Counted from the stretch's first letter, positions 1 through 13,150 are shown. The stretch is 64,000 bases of DNA from an uncultured delta proteobacterium (GCA_963728565.1 CAVSLC010000023.1:285427-349426), one strand, 5' to 3'. Program-made: numbers and translations. The notes: generated by a model not told the origin, from the sequence alone.

Positions 1-1657
1 TTGCGCCCACGAGCGTCGCCACGATCACCAGGCTGGTGGAGACAAGGATCATCATGATGCCGAGGGCCGAGAGTCTTCCCCACAGGCCGTCTTCGGCGAA
101 GCGCAGGATTTGAACCGCGAGAACTTCCGTGCCCGGCCGAGAGAGGACGACCGAGAGCGTCAGCTCGCGCACGAACATCGTCGCCATGAGAATCCAGGCC
201 GAGACGATGCCCGGAACGAGAAGGGGAATCATGATGCGGCGCATGGTCAGCAGCGGACTCGCCCCGCAGACGCGCGACGACTCCTCGAGATGCGCGTGGA
301 TCTGCACGAAGGCACTCGACAGCGGCCGGATGCCGTATGGCATGTAGATGGCGATGTAGCCGATCAGCAGGGCCCACAGGGTGGCGTACAGCGGCGTCTG
401 AACGAAGAACCACATGAAGCCTATGCCGATGACGATGCCCGGAAACGAAAACGACAGATAGCTCAGGGACTCGAGGATGCCGGAAGCCGTGGATCGCACC
501 TTGACGATAACGTAGGCGATGAAAATCGAAAGCAGCACGCCCAGAGTCGCGCCGGCCACTCCCAAAAGGAGGCTGTTCTTCAGCGACAGCACCGAAATGG
601 GATCTTGCAGAACTTCGATCCAGTGCTTCCAGCTCATCAGGGAGAACGCCCGGGCGCTCGGCACCATGGAGTAGGGCACGAGCGAGGTGTAGAAGAGGAC
701 GGCCACCGGGAGCACGATCAGGATCAGAGAGAGAAGCCCCACGATGACGAAGAGGGGAATTCGCGCACCCTTGAGCTCCACGACCGCCGGACGAAAACCG
801 CGGCTCGAGATCGTCACGTATCGTTCGCTTTCCGAGGTCAGTGCCCGGTAGACAATGATGAGAATGACCGAGACCGCCAGCACGCTCATTCCTACCGCCG
901 CGGCCTTGCCGTAGTCCGGCGCGAAGCCCCTGGCGATCATTTCGTACAGGTAGGTGGCGAGCACATACACGCGTCCGGGCATGCCGAGCACCGACGGCAC
1001 GGCGAATGAGGCCAAGCTACGGACCACGCTCAGAATGAAGGCCGCCAGGATGGCGGGGCGCAGCACCGGCAGAGTCACGCGCCGCAGCGTGCGCCAAGTG
1101 CCGGCCCCGAACACTCGGGAAGATTCCTCCAGGGTCACGTCGAAGGAGCCCATGGCAGGCGCGATGATCAAGTAGGCGATGGGCAGCTCGAGCAGCCCCT
1201 CCACCAGGATCATGCCGGGCAAAGAATAAATATTGAACGGCGCGCTCTCGAGAGAAAACGACTGCTTGAGCACAAGGTTTATGATGCCGTTCGAAGGATT
1301 CAGCAGCAGCGCCCAGCTCACGGAAAAAAGCAGATGCGGGATCATCATCGGAATGATCGAGATGATCTGGAACAGGAACTTGAAAGGTATGTCGGTGCGG
1401 TTATTGAGATACGCGAGGAATAATGCCAGCCCGGTCGCGAGCGTTGATGAGCCGAGAACGAAGACGATCGTATTGGCGATCACCTCGAAAAACGCCGGGT
1501 CGGTGTAGGCCTGAATGTACTTGTCCAGGGTGAAGCTCCCGAAAGCGGTCAACCCTTTTGAAAAGCTTCCCAAGAGCAGCATGACCACCGGGCACAGGGT
1601 CAGTGAACCGACGATCAGAATCAGCGAGTAAGTCAGTTTCGATCGCGCCTGGACCAT
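1..1657 (-). CDS. ABC transporter permease, Fe3+/thiamine/polyamine (FbpB-like) two-domain type; 3' end runs off the window
   Basis: Not in the ORF track because there is no stop in the window. Manual minus-strand reading from ATG 1657 gives MVQARSKLTYSLILIVGSLTLCPVVMLLLGSF...; the start frame matches the frame at position 2 (...GLWGRLSALGIMMILVSTSLVIVATLVGA). Hydrophobic, with EAA-like loops (LEESSRVFGA, LEESSRVCGA), and downstream of an ABC ATPase. Confidence 0.85.
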   Translation of the reverse strand, partial: MVQARSKLTYSLILIVGSLTLCPVVMLLLGSFSKGLTAFGSFTLDKYIQAYTDPAFFEVIANTIVFVLGSSTLATGLALFLAYLNNRTDIPFKFLFQIISIIPMMIPHLLFSVSWALLLNPSNGIINLVLKQSFSLESAPFNIYSLPGMILVEGLLELPIAYLIIAPAMGSFDVTLEESSRVFGAGTWRTLRRVTLPVLRPAILAAFILSVVRSLASFAVPSVLGMPGRVYVLATYLYEMIARGFAPDYGKAAAVGMSVLAVSVILIIVYRALTSESERYVTISSRGFRPAVVELKGARIPLFVIVGLLSLILIVLPVAVLFYTSLVPYSMVPSARAFSLMSWKHWIEVLQDPISVLSLKNSLLLGVAGATLGVLLSIFIAYVIVKVRSTASGILESLSYLSFSFPGIVIGIGFMWFFVQTPLYATLWALLIGYIAIYMPYGIRPLSSAFVQIHAHLEESSRVCGASPLLTMRRIMIPLLVPGIVSAWILMATMFVRELTLSVVLSRPGTEVLAVQILRFAEDGLWGRLSALGIMMILVSTSLVIVATLVGA

Positions 1658-1672
1658 TCCATTCGGCCTTTA

Positions 1673-2758
1673 TCAGATGGAAACAAGCAGACAGTGCGCG
1701 GGATCCACACCGAAGGTGACGAGGTCGCCTTCTTCGACGGCTGTGTCCGTATCGAACCTCGCGAGCAGGCGCTCGGTCCCGACCCGGATTTCGGCCTCGT
1801 AGGCCTCGCCGATAAAAACCAGCGATTCGACGCGCCCCTCAAGATGGTTCGCGCCGTCCGCCGTCTCGCGCTCGGCGATGCGCAGGAATTCCGGCCGTAT
1901 GCACAGCGTGGCCTCGCTTCCGATGGGAAGCTCGCGGACGTGGCACACGATCGTACCCAGGCCGCAATCCACGATCGTGCGATCGGCTTCATGGGCGCGC
2001 ACCTTTGCCTTGACCAGATTGGCGCGGCCGATGAAGTCGGCGACGAATCGGGTGTCGGCATCGAAATAGATCTTCTTCGGAGAGCCCATTTCGACGATCT
2101 GCCCCGTGCGCATCACCGCGACCACATCCGAGAGCACCAGCGCCTCGATTCGATCGTGGGTCACGTAGACAGCGGTGATCTTCAACTCGCGCAGGAAACC
2201 TCTCAGCTCCTTGCGGGTCTCCTCGCGGAGCTTCGCGTCGAGATTGCTTAAGGGCTCGTCGAATAGGATGACTTTGGGCTCGGCCACCAGGGCCCGCGCC
2301 AGCGCCACCCGTTGCTGCTGGCCCCCGGAGAGCTTGGTTGCCGGACGCCTCTCGAATCCTTCGAGGCGCACGAAGTGCAATGTCTTCTCGACCATTCGAC
2401 GGATCACATCGCGCGGAAGCTTACGGACCTCAAGGGGATAAGCCACGTTATCGAAGACGTTCATGTGCGGCCAGATGGCATAGGTCTGGAACACCATCGC
2501 GAGTCCCCGCTCCTCTGTCGCAATGGAGATGTTCTTCTCCTTCGACCAGACCAGCTCGCCGCCGATCCGGATCTCTCCTGTATCCGGAGTCTCCAACCCG
2601 ACGATGCAGCGAAGCAGCGTGGTCTTGCCGCAACCGCTCGGTCCGAGAAGCGTGAATATCTGGTTGGCCGGGATCGTCAGATCGACGTTGTCGAGCGCCG
2701 CGATGGTCTTGCCCTCGGAGAAGTAGCGCTTGCTGACACCCTGGATCTGGATTTCCAT
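1673..2758 (-). CDS. ABC transporter ATP-binding protein (FbpC/PotA family, C-terminal TOBE domain)
   Basis: Walker A GPSGCGKT, signature LSGGQQQR, Walker B ILFDEPLSNLD, YVTHD. Confidence 0.95.
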   Translation of the reverse strand: MEIQIQGVSKRYFSEGKTIAALDNVDLTIPANQIFTLLGPSGCGKTTLLRCIVGLETPDTGEIRIGGELVWSKEKNISIATEERGLAMVFQTYAIWPHMNVFDNVAYPLEVRKLPRDVIRRMVEKTLHFVRLEGFERRPATKLSGGQQQRVALARALVAEPKVILFDEPLSNLDAKLREETRKELRGFLRELKITAVYVTHDRIEALVLSDVVAVMRTGQIVEMGSPKKIYFDADTRFVADFIGRANLVKAKVRAHEADRTIVDCGLGTIVCHVRELPIGSEATLCIRPEFLRIAERETADGANHLEGRVESLVFIGEAYEAEIRVGTERLLARFDTDTAVEEGDLVTFGVDPAHCLLVSI

Positions 2759-2784
2759 AGTGTGCGGTCGAGCAAAGATTTATT

Positions 2785-2875
2785 CGCGCCAAGTGCGCCA
2801 AGTTCGCAAGTCCCGCAACCCAGGCTCAACTAGTTCGATCTTTAAAACTTGGTGTTCTTTGCGGGCTTTGCGCCA
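2785..2875. repeat. Intergenic imperfect palindrome built of ~9-nt-period CGCCAAG/CTTTGCG units (REP-like hairpin)
   Basis: Left arm cgcgccaagtgcgccaagttcgcaag pairs imperfectly with right arm cttggtgttctttgcgggctttgcgc; lies between the binding-protein and ATPase genes. Confidence 0.55.
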
Positions 2876-2916
2876 GATCTTTGCTTTGAAACTTCGGCGC
2901 CGCCGCACTGGCAACA

Positions 2917-3916
2917 TTACCTGACGTTGAAAATCTTCTTGAACTCGCTCCCCCATTTGTTGGTTTCTTCGTCCGATAACTCGCGGATGGCGATGACGTT
3001 GGCCTGGCTGATTCCGTCGATGGGAGGATAGACCCCGGGCGCAAGCACGTACTCGCCGACGTCCTTGGCGAGCATCCCCATGGCTTTCTGCGACAGCCAG
3101 TAGTCGACGAACAGCCGCGCTGCGTTGGGATGCGGCGCCTTGGAGGCCACGGCGATGGCCCGAGGTGTGCCGAGCATGGGCTGCGACACCCGCGCCCAGT
3201 CGAGCGGCGCCGGAGCGTTGGTAATGATGTACTTGGGCATGGAGATGCCGATGGGCTTCTCGCCGCTTGCGATCGGCGCCGGTGTCGGCCCGAGCGAGGC
3301 CACGAACATGGGCCGGTTGGCGGCGAGCCCTTTCACGAATTTCATCCACTCGGCCTCGGACTTGAACACGTGCTCCTTGAGCCCAATCAGCCAGCCGATC
3401 GTCGTGGCGTGGTTCGCCGGATTGGGCATGACGATCTTGTCCTTCCACTTGGGATCGGTGAGATCCTCATAGCGCCGCGGCACGTCGGCCTTTTTCGCCA
3501 GCTCCTTGTTATAGATCAGCGCTATGTACTCGACGCCGAAAAGTTGGATGGAGTCGTCCTTGTTCGTCCACTGTGGGTAACCCGCAGCGGCCGGTGAGCG
3601 GTAGCGCGCCAGCATGCCTTTTTCGTTGAGAAGCTCCAGGATCGGCAATGGCGCCTGGACCACGTCGGCCATGAACCTGCCGGCCTCGAATTCGGTGATG
3701 GCAGTCGCCACGAACTTCGCGGTCGAGATCCTGGTGTACTCAGCCTTCACGCCGGTATCGTCGGCGAAGGCTTTCATAATGGGCTCGACGGCGGTGATGT
3801 TGGCGTAGAAGGCCGCTTTGCCCTCCGCCTTGGACTTGTCGAGCAGGGGATGGTCCGCGGCTTGGGTTGTGCGCGGCCGCGAACAGAGCTATGAATGCGA
3901 TCAGAATGTTCCTCAT
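2917..3916 (-). CDS. ABC transporter extracellular solute-binding protein (Fe3+/AfuA-FutA-like), one apparent frameshift near 3870
   Basis: ORF 2917-3777 has YEDLTDPKWK and APHPNAARLFVDYWLS motifs. Its frame extends upstream (DHPLLDKSKAEGKAAFYANI), and a signal-peptide start MRNILIAFIALF at 3916 lies in another frame. Confidence 0.85.
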
Positions 3917-4656
3917 GATAGTTCTCCTGTAGCTATCGATTTTAACAACTTCGTATCCCTTGATCGTTCACTCCGTGGCAAATCTCCGCCGTTCGATTCT
4001 GTGCGACTTTATGGCGTCAGCAGCCTTGAGCAATTCATATACCGGATCTCACATCGTCCCGGCTCCTTACCGATCAGGCGCTTGCATCTTTTCGCAACCA
4101 TGCCATTTACTGCAAGTTCCTTTTTCATTCCTAGGGATAGCGTGGCGCCCAAAGATTTCAGCGGAATGCTGAACACCCGATACACGATCATCGAAGCAAA
4201 TCGTAATTTCCTGCTGCTTCAAAACGCGCAGCACACGATGCCTATACCAAGCCGCCACAGAAATCCAGATGCGACGCCCCCCTCTTATGGCCACCCTCAT
4301 AGCGTACGGGGAGTGGATATCGAGCGGTTTGCGCGCCGCGCTCTGTTGTTCCCTGAGTGCATAGGCAATGTATCCGAGCGATTGAAGATCATCATCAAGC
4401 TGCTGCACCAACGCCGGTGTGTCACAGAAATTTCTGATGGATGTTTCCGACGCTGAATAAGAGTTTACGCTGCACGGAATGCGTCCATGACTGGAAAATC
4501 GCGGACAAGGTCCATGTGGCTGGCCGAGCTTTAAGCGAGCAATCCACGTACTCGATTGTTCAGTTTTCCTGGTGTTGCGGCGTGGTTTCAACGCACTCAA
4601 TAGACAGACGCTTTCGCAGTCATGCACATTTTTGCCTACGTTTTTTTCAAGGTTGA

Positions 4657-7065
<2,409 letters not shown>

Positions 7066-7489
7066 ATTTAGCGACGATGTCATCGAGAGGTTCCGAAGCG
7101 TGTCGTGAATTGCCCTACCGGATGATTCGAATGCGATTGAATTTCCAAGACTAAGGAGTGTTCCGTTGCATTGGAGAAATCGCTGATCCGATTTGTCTCT
7201 ATTGGTGAAGTCATGACGGCCGATGACCGCGTTCACAGGCAGCGCCGCACATCTTACCGCCGTTGCCAATGACTCCCGGCAATGCCGCAGGATCTTGGAG
7301 AAAAAAACGGAAAAACTGTTCCGTATGGGCCGATCAAGAGCGCGGTTGGAAATCGCCCCCGGATCTTCCATCAGCAAACACCGGCGTCGCCTTGCCCGCT
7401 GGGATAAGCGGTAGAATGGGTGGGTTCTTTTCTAGACCGGAAAATAAACTATTGAATTCAGGCTTGCACAGCTGATGTGTGCGCTGCTG

Positions 7490-7975
7490 TCAGCGATGAC
7501 CGGAATGTTTGTCTCTTTTCAAGGAATTTAGATAAGTAGCCAAATCAGAAACCTGCTTGACCGTTAGCGCGTCACTATAGGTTGGCATTTTTGACGTGCC
7601 GTCGGCTCCCAGAAATCCCATTTCTTTGTCTTGCGGATCGATCACCGCATTGGGATTGACGATCGACTCTGCAAAGAATTCGGGAGGATGCCTGCCTGCC
7701 ATTTGAGAAAGCTCTGGGCCTATACCTTTGTCGCCGTCGGCGACGACCGGGAAAGACTCACCCTCAATTTCGTGGCATTTATAGCATTCTGATTCTACGA
7801 AGAGTTTTTTCCCTTCGACTGCGTCACCTGGGGGCAAAGTAAACTTCCAATTAAGCGGTGCATGCTCTCCGGTGGCAGGATGGACCGGCTCCTGTTCCGC
7901 GTTCTTAGTACAGGATATGGTTACGGCACTGATCCCCAATATGTATAAGAGGACAGCTGTCGAGGTGGCTCTCAT
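7490..7975 (-). CDS. Exported monoheme cytochrome c (SoxX-like fold), possible lipoprotein
   Basis: Hydrophobic N-terminus ending ISC, GDAVEGKKLF, heme motif CYKCH, GPELS, distal Met in SKMP. Confidence 0.8.
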   Translation of the reverse strand: MRATSTAVLLYILGISAVTISCTKNAEQEPVHPATGEHAPLNWKFTLPPGDAVEGKKLFVESECYKCHEIEGESFPVVADGDKGIGPELSQMAGRHPPEFFAESIVNPNAVIDPQDKEMGFLGADGTSKMPTYSDALTVKQVSDLATYLNSLKRDKHSGHR

Positions 7976-8219
7976 TAGTTTCCACTCCGGGCCTTCAGGC
8001 TGAAAGCAACATCGCTGCTCTGCGATGCGGTTGAACCGATTCTCCCCTGTCTCCGTCGGGATCGTTTTCGCGTATCCACCGATTCCACCAACGGACGCGC
8101 GCTTCAGAATGCAGGATAGCCGATACAGTCTAATTTTCTTACCCCTCCGATACAGTTCCCGATTAGCCTCGGCATTCCAGAAAGCCGCTACAATTTGTCG
8201 AGCGCTCCAGGAAGGAACA

Positions 8220-8567
8220 ATGGTATTTAGCTTTGCGGTTGTTTCTACTCCTCCTCAGAACAACATTTCATGTCCTTCATCGCGTGGAGGAACGATTGCT
8301 GAGTTCCGTCGGCTGCTGGAGAGTGAAGCGCGGGAAAATTTCTCCAAACTCGTCGAGTGCAAAAAAATCAAACCGGGAGAGTTTGAGACGATCATAAGCT
8401 CCGGGCTGAGCCCAGGTGAGATGATTGCGAAAGAGGCGAAAAAGCATAAGGCGGATATGATCGTCGTGGCCAGCCATGGGCGCTCCGGATTACAACGGTT
8501 GTTTTTAGGGAGCGTCGCGGAGAGAACGTTGCGTCGCGCCGATCGTCCGATGTTACTGATGAAGTAA
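8220..8567 (+). pseudogene. Universal stress protein (UspA family), C-terminal half only
   Basis: ADMIVVASHGRSGLQRLFLGSVAERTLRRADRPMLL is the typical USP C-terminal motif; no recognisable N-terminal ILVPxD motif upstream. Confidence 0.6.
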
Positions 8568-8693
8568 CTTGTACAGAAAGAGGACATGAGTCGCCTGCTT
8601 CGATGTTGATTGGTGATACTCGTCGCTTTCTCCACTTGCCCGCGATAGTAACGAATCTTGTGTCGGTGATAAGCCCTGAGAAAGCGCAGATGC

Positions 8694-11510
8694 TTACCTG
8701 TTGTTTTCCGGTTTGACGCGAATGCGCGCATCGACCACCACGCATCCTCGGCCCGGTTGCAACGCGATCACCGGATTCAGCTCGAGTTCTTCTATTTCCG
8801 GAACCTCCTCAACCAATCGGGCAACGCGCAGCAAGAGCTCTTCAATTGCCGGTATATCCGCTGGCAAATGGCCGCGATAGCCCTGGAGCAGACGATAGCC
8901 GCGAATCGTTCGCACCATCTCCGCCGCGTCCAGATCAGTGATTGGCGTGACTCGAAATGAAACGTCTTTAAGAATTTCGACGTGAATACCACCCAAGCCA
9001 AACGCAATCAAAGGGCCGAAAGATCGATCTTGTGTGACTCCAACCATCAACTCAACACCACCTGAAATCATCGGCTGCACGATCACACCGTCCATTGCGT
9101 GCAATAGGTTTTGCTTCGCGAGTTGTTTACTAATGTGGTCGAATGCGCGATGGACCTCCGTTTCATCCTGCAGATTCAACTGAACGCCGCCGAATTCAGT
9201 CTTGTGAATGATTTCCCGGGATGCAAGCTTGAGCGCAACGGGAAAGCCAATCTGCTGCGCCACTCGCGCCGCCTCCTGTTCCGTGCGACAGAAGCCCCCG
9301 GGCGGCAAAGGCAGCGCCATTGCCGTGAGCACTTTACGGTTCTCTTCCGCCGAGAGCCAGCCGGTGCCGCGTTCCTGTAGGATGACTCGGCATATCGAAC
9401 GCGCCACTGTAGGTTCAATATCAGCAAAGTCAGGAATCATACCCGCGGGTTGGTTTTTCCATTCGCCGTAGTCGGCAAGCTTGCTTAAGACCCGTGCGGG
9501 AGTTTCCGGGAAAGCGAAGTTCGGGATGCTATCGCCATCAATACTGATTGGCATCCGACTGCTCTGAGATGCCATGATGCAGGCCAATACTGGCTTTTGC
9601 GCTCCAGCCGTTTTCCTTGCGGCGGTAACTCCGGACGCAATACCATGCTTTATGGAACCAACATCGGTAAGAGCAACGTCGACGTAAAGCACTATGAGAG
9701 CATCGACTTCAGTGCATGGCAGAAGAACTTCCAAAGCCTTGCAGTAGTGGTCGCCCGACGCGGAGGCGATCATGTCAACGGGATTGGTTACGCTCGCCGC
9801 GGCGGGTAAAAAATCCTTTAACCGAATTTTGGTTTCGGGGCGCAGCTCGGGAACGATCAATCGATTGGCTTCACAGCTATCGGCGCAAAGGATTCCTAAT
9901 CCGCCGGCATTCGTAAGAATGGCTACACGGCGGCCGGCCGGCAGAGCTTGAGTGCTTAGCGCAGTCGCCAGATCAAACAACTCCTCCAATGTCTCCGCGC
10001 GAATGACGCCGGTCTGATGAAAGAGCGAATCTACAGCCACGTCGCTTGCCGCCAGAGCAGCGGTATGCGAACTGGCTGCGCGGTGCCCTGCGCTGGTTCT
10101 TCCCGCTTTGACGGCGACAATGGGCTTACGGCGCCCGACTCGTTTTGCGATGCGAGCGAAGCGTCGTGGATTGCCGAAGGATTCAAGGTAGAGAAGAATC
10201 ACTTCCGTCTGCTTGTCCTCTTCCCAATATTGCAGCAGATCATTGCCGGATACGTCGGCCTTGTTGCCGACGCTGATAAAGTTTGCAAGCCCGAGCTGGC
10301 GTTCTTGCGCCAGCGAGAGGATCGCCAAACCTAGAGCGCCGCTTTGCGACGAAAGCGAGATTCGACCCGGCGTTGAAAAGAGCGGAGAAAAAGAAGCATT
10401 CAAACGCACGGCTGGATCTGTGTTCATCAATCCCAAACAGTTAGGCCCCACCATGCGCATGCCATAGCCACGCACTTTATTGATGAGCTGTTGTTGCAAA
10501 GCGGCTCCGGCCGCGCCTGTTTCGGCGAATCCGGCAGAAATGATGATCACGCCCTTGACGCCGCGGCTAGCGCAATCATCAATGACGCTGAGAACCGCAT
10601 CGCGCGGCACAGCAATGATCGCGAGATCCACCGACTGGGGTATGTCGGTGACCGTCGGGTAGGCAACGAGCCCGCTGATGGTGGCGGCGCTTGGGTTGAC
10701 CGGATAAATCGGTCCGCCAAATCCGCCGCCGATGAGGCCTCTCAGGATACGACCGCCGATCGTCGCCGGATTGCGCGAAGCGCCGACCAAGGCGACAGAC
10801 CCTGGTCGAAAAAAAGCGTGCAAGGATGCTACGGTCGAAGCTCGGTCGCGCAGCTCGGCGCGGGTGACGCTAAGTTCGCTGGGGATGACCGAAAGATCGA
10901 TATCCACATACCCTTCAGAGTGCTTGCGCTGGCAATCAAAACCGGACTCTAGAAAAACATCCAACATTGGCTTGTTCTCGCTCATGGTGACCGCGCGAAA
11001 TCGGCGAAAGCCGTTTCTCACGGCCAACAACGTAAGTCGCTCGAGAAGCAGAGTACCGATACCTTTGCCTTGGAACTTATCATCCACGGCCATAGCGACT
11101 TCTGCAGTGTTCTCGTCAACGCCAACGTAATTTCCGGTAGCAATGATGCGAACACCAGCCCGGCTTGATCTAGTAACGATTAGGCTCAGCTGCTTGCGCG
11201 GGTCCGAAGGATCGCAAAATACCCTCATCAGTTTTTCAGCCGGACGGCCAGAACCAAAAAATCGGCGCCTCTTAGACTCACTCGACAGCGCTGCGAAAAA
11301 CTTCACCATCGCCCCGCAGTCCTCGGGTCGAGCCAGCCGAATCTCCGCAGTGGTACCATCGCGCAGGATCAATCTTCCTGACTCAACGGAGTCCTGATAA
11401 GGCATCGGCAAATATCGTGGGTGAACGGAAGCCACAGAGTCTTGTAGAACAACACCCGGCGAAGTTTCAAGATGAATCCCTGTCAAGTTAGCTCCGGCAT
11501 CATCAGACAT
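8694..11510 (-). CDS. GNAT acetyltransferase fused to an NDP-forming acyl-CoA synthetase-like domain (Pat/PatA-type, GNAT at N-terminus)
   Basis: GNAT motif FQGKGIGTLLL, CoA-binding VALVGAS...IYPVNP, MVGPNCLG, SQSGALG, SHTAAL, NPVDM, ATP-grasp HKTEFGGV...ELNPV. Start is uncertain (11510 or 11405); the ORF track start 11591 overlaps the iclR promoter. Confidence 0.9.
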   Translation of the reverse strand: MSDDAGANLTGIHLETSPGVVLQDSVASVHPRYLPMPYQDSVESGRLILRDGTTAEIRLARPEDCGAMVKFFAALSSESKRRRFFGSGRPAEKLMRVFCDPSDPRKQLSLIVTRSSRAGVRIIATGNYVGVDENTAEVAMAVDDKFQGKGIGTLLLERLTLLAVRNGFRRFRAVTMSENKPMLDVFLESGFDCQRKHSEGYVDIDLSVIPSELSVTRAELRDRASTVASLHAFFRPGSVALVGASRNPATIGGRILRGLIGGGFGGPIYPVNPSAATISGLVAYPTVTDIPQSVDLAIIAVPRDAVLSVIDDCASRGVKGVIIISAGFAETGAAGAALQQQLINKVRGYGMRMVGPNCLGLMNTDPAVRLNASFSPLFSTPGRISLSSQSGALGLAILSLAQERQLGLANFISVGNKADVSGNDLLQYWEEDKQTEVILLYLESFGNPRRFARIAKRVGRRKPIVAVKAGRTSAGHRAASSHTAALAASDVAVDSLFHQTGVIRAETLEELFDLATALSTQALPAGRRVAILTNAGGLGILCADSCEANRLIVPELRPETKIRLKDFLPAAASVTNPVDMIASASGDHYCKALEVLLPCTEVDALIVLYVDVALTDVGSIKHGIASGVTAARKTAGAQKPVLACIMASQSSRMPISIDGDSIPNFAFPETPARVLSKLADYGEWKNQPAGMIPDFADIEPTVARSICRVILQERGTGWLSAEENRKVLTAMALPLPPGGFCRTEQEAARVAQQIGFPVALKLASREIIHKTEFGGVQLNLQDETEVHRAFDHISKQLAKQNLLHAMDGVIVQPMISGGVELMVGVTQDRSFGPLIAFGLGGIHVEILKDVSFRVTPITDLDAAEMVRTIRGYRLLQGYRGHLPADIPAIEELLLRVARLVEEVPEIEELELNPVIALQPGRGCVVVDARIRVKPENNR

Positions 11511-11531
11511 AAGCGGAACATTTCCATCTAG

Positions 11532-11558
11532 TTGACACGTGTTTGTCTTTACTATAAT
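11532..11558 (+). promoter_or_regulatory. Putative sigma70 promoter for iclR and the downstream array, with palindrome ACACGTGT overlapping the -35 box
   Basis: TTGACA (11532-11537) and TATAAT (11553-11558) are both perfect consensus, but the spacer is only 15 nt; 41 nt upstream of the iclR ATG. Confidence 0.5.
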
Positions 11559-11599
11559 TCGGGAGTGATTCCGGCCAAAATAGCATTTCAATTATTAAA

Positions 11600-12400
11600 A
11601 TGAACGCCTCAGTGACTAAAGCGATCGATCTTTTAGAGGAATTGAGCCGAGCGAGGAAGCCGCTCGCGTTAAAGGATCTTGCGCGCAACCTAAACCTGGA
11701 CAAAGCAACGGCTTATCGCCTTCTGAATTCCTTGCGGCAAAAGGGGTTTGTTCAAAGAATCGACAATGGTGGCTTTTATGGTCTTGGACCGAAGCTGCTA
11801 GTGCTTGCCGAGGATTACCGCAGATGCTTTACCATGCGCGATGTAGTTGTGCCTTACCTGGAGCAGCTGGTCGAGGCCACCGGAGAGACGGCGATTTATT
11901 GCGAACGATTTCAGTACGACTCCTGTGTAACGATAGAACGCCGTGAAAGCCCTCATCATACGCGCACCGTAATCGAAACCGGAGTTCCGCGCCCTCTCTT
12001 TGTTGGCTCCTCTGCCTTCGCGATTCTGGCAGTGCTGCCGCAGGAAGAGATTCTTTCGATACTTAACGTGAAAAATTTTGAGAAGTTCACACCCTTCACC
12101 ATAACTTCGCCGAAGCAGATATTGAAAAAGATCGAGGAGATAAAGCGGCGCGGCTATGCGGTGAGCATTCAAGAAAGATACTCCTACACGGCGGGTGTCG
12201 CTGCTCCGTGTTTCCCTAGCAGAGACCTTGTCGGCAGCATAGCCGTTATAGGACCTGCCGAACGAATCAAAGCAAATGGAATCGAAAGAACCGGCAAGAT
12301 AGTCAAGAAGTTCGCTGAACGTCTATCCACCACGCTTGGCTATTCCAGAGGCACGCAAAGCTCAGAGGCGAACGGAAAACGACTGCGGATGGTCAAGTAA
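11600..12400 (+). CDS. IclR family transcriptional regulator
   Basis: N-terminal HTH (SVTKAIDLLEEL...LNLDKATAYRLLNSL), TGETA, effector domain (IKRRGYAVS...GVAAP...IAVIGP). Confidence 0.93.
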   Translation: MNASVTKAIDLLEELSRARKPLALKDLARNLNLDKATAYRLLNSLRQKGFVQRIDNGGFYGLGPKLLVLAEDYRRCFTMRDVVVPYLEQLVEATGETAIYCERFQYDSCVTIERRESPHHTRTVIETGVPRPLFVGSSAFAILAVLPQEEILSILNVKNFEKFTPFTITSPKQILKKIEEIKRRGYAVSIQERYSYTAGVAAPCFPSRDLVGSIAVIGPAERIKANGIERTGKIVKKFAERLSTTLGYSRGTQSSEANGKRLRMVK

Positions 12401-13150
12401 ATGGAACGACTCAAGAATCGTATCGCTATAATTACCGGGGCGGGTCAGGGGATCGGCAGAACGCTGGCGCTCGGGTTGGCTCGCGAAGGCGCCAAGGTGG
12501 TCGTTGCCGATATCAATGAAGAAAACGCCGCATCGGTCAAGAGCGAGGTCGAAGCGTCGGGCGGAACAGCCTTGGCAGCAAATACCGACGTGTCGAATGA
12601 GGACTCCGTACAAACAATGGTCGATGACTCGTTAAGAGAGTTCGGCAAGCTCGATATCTTGATCAACAATGCGGGCATTTTCCCGGTAAGCTCGGTAGAG
12701 GAAATGAAAGAGCAAGACTGGGATCGTGTCATCGGCACCAATCTGATAGGGGCGTTTCTCTGTGCGAGAGCCGTGTCCGGCAAATTTCTGCAGCAGGGAA
12801 GTGGCAGAATCATCAGCATCACTTCGGGACGAGCATTTCAGGGCGCCAAAAATGCCGCTCATTACGCATCTTCAAAGGCCGGCATCATCGGCCTTTCGAA
12901 ATCCCTGGCATTAGAACTGGCGCCGCGTCAGATCACCGTGAATGTGATTTGCCCGGGGATCACCGATACGGCGCAACCGCGCGGCCATCAGAGCGAGGAG
13001 CAAATTTATGCTCAGGCGCAAAAAATTCCACTGGGTCGAATCGGCCAGCCCGAAGATCTGGTCGGCACCGCGGTGTTCTTGGCCAGCGATGCCGCCGGCT
13101 TTATCACCGGCCAGACGGTGATCGTCAATGGCGGCAGCATCATGTGGTAA
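12401..13150 (+). CDS. SDR family NAD(P)-dependent oxidoreductase
   Basis: TGAGQGIG, NNAG, YASSK, PG motifs. Confidence 0.95.
   Translation: MERLKNRIAIITGAGQGIGRTLALGLAREGAKVVVADINEENAASVKSEVEASGGTALAANTDVSNEDSVQTMVDDSLREFGKLDILINNAGIFPVSSVEEMKEQDWDRVIGTNLIGAFLCARAVSGKFLQQGSGRIISITSGRAFQGAKNAAHYASSKAGIIGLSKSLALELAPRQITVNVICPGITDTAQPRGHQSEEQIYAQAQKIPLGRIGQPEDLVGTAVFLASDAAGFITGQTVIVNGGSIMW

Noticed and set aside
110-1009. 299-aa plus-strand ORF and other ORFs over 1-1600
   Set aside because: Antisense shadows of the minus-strand permease; R/H/D-rich composition typical of high-GC off-frames.
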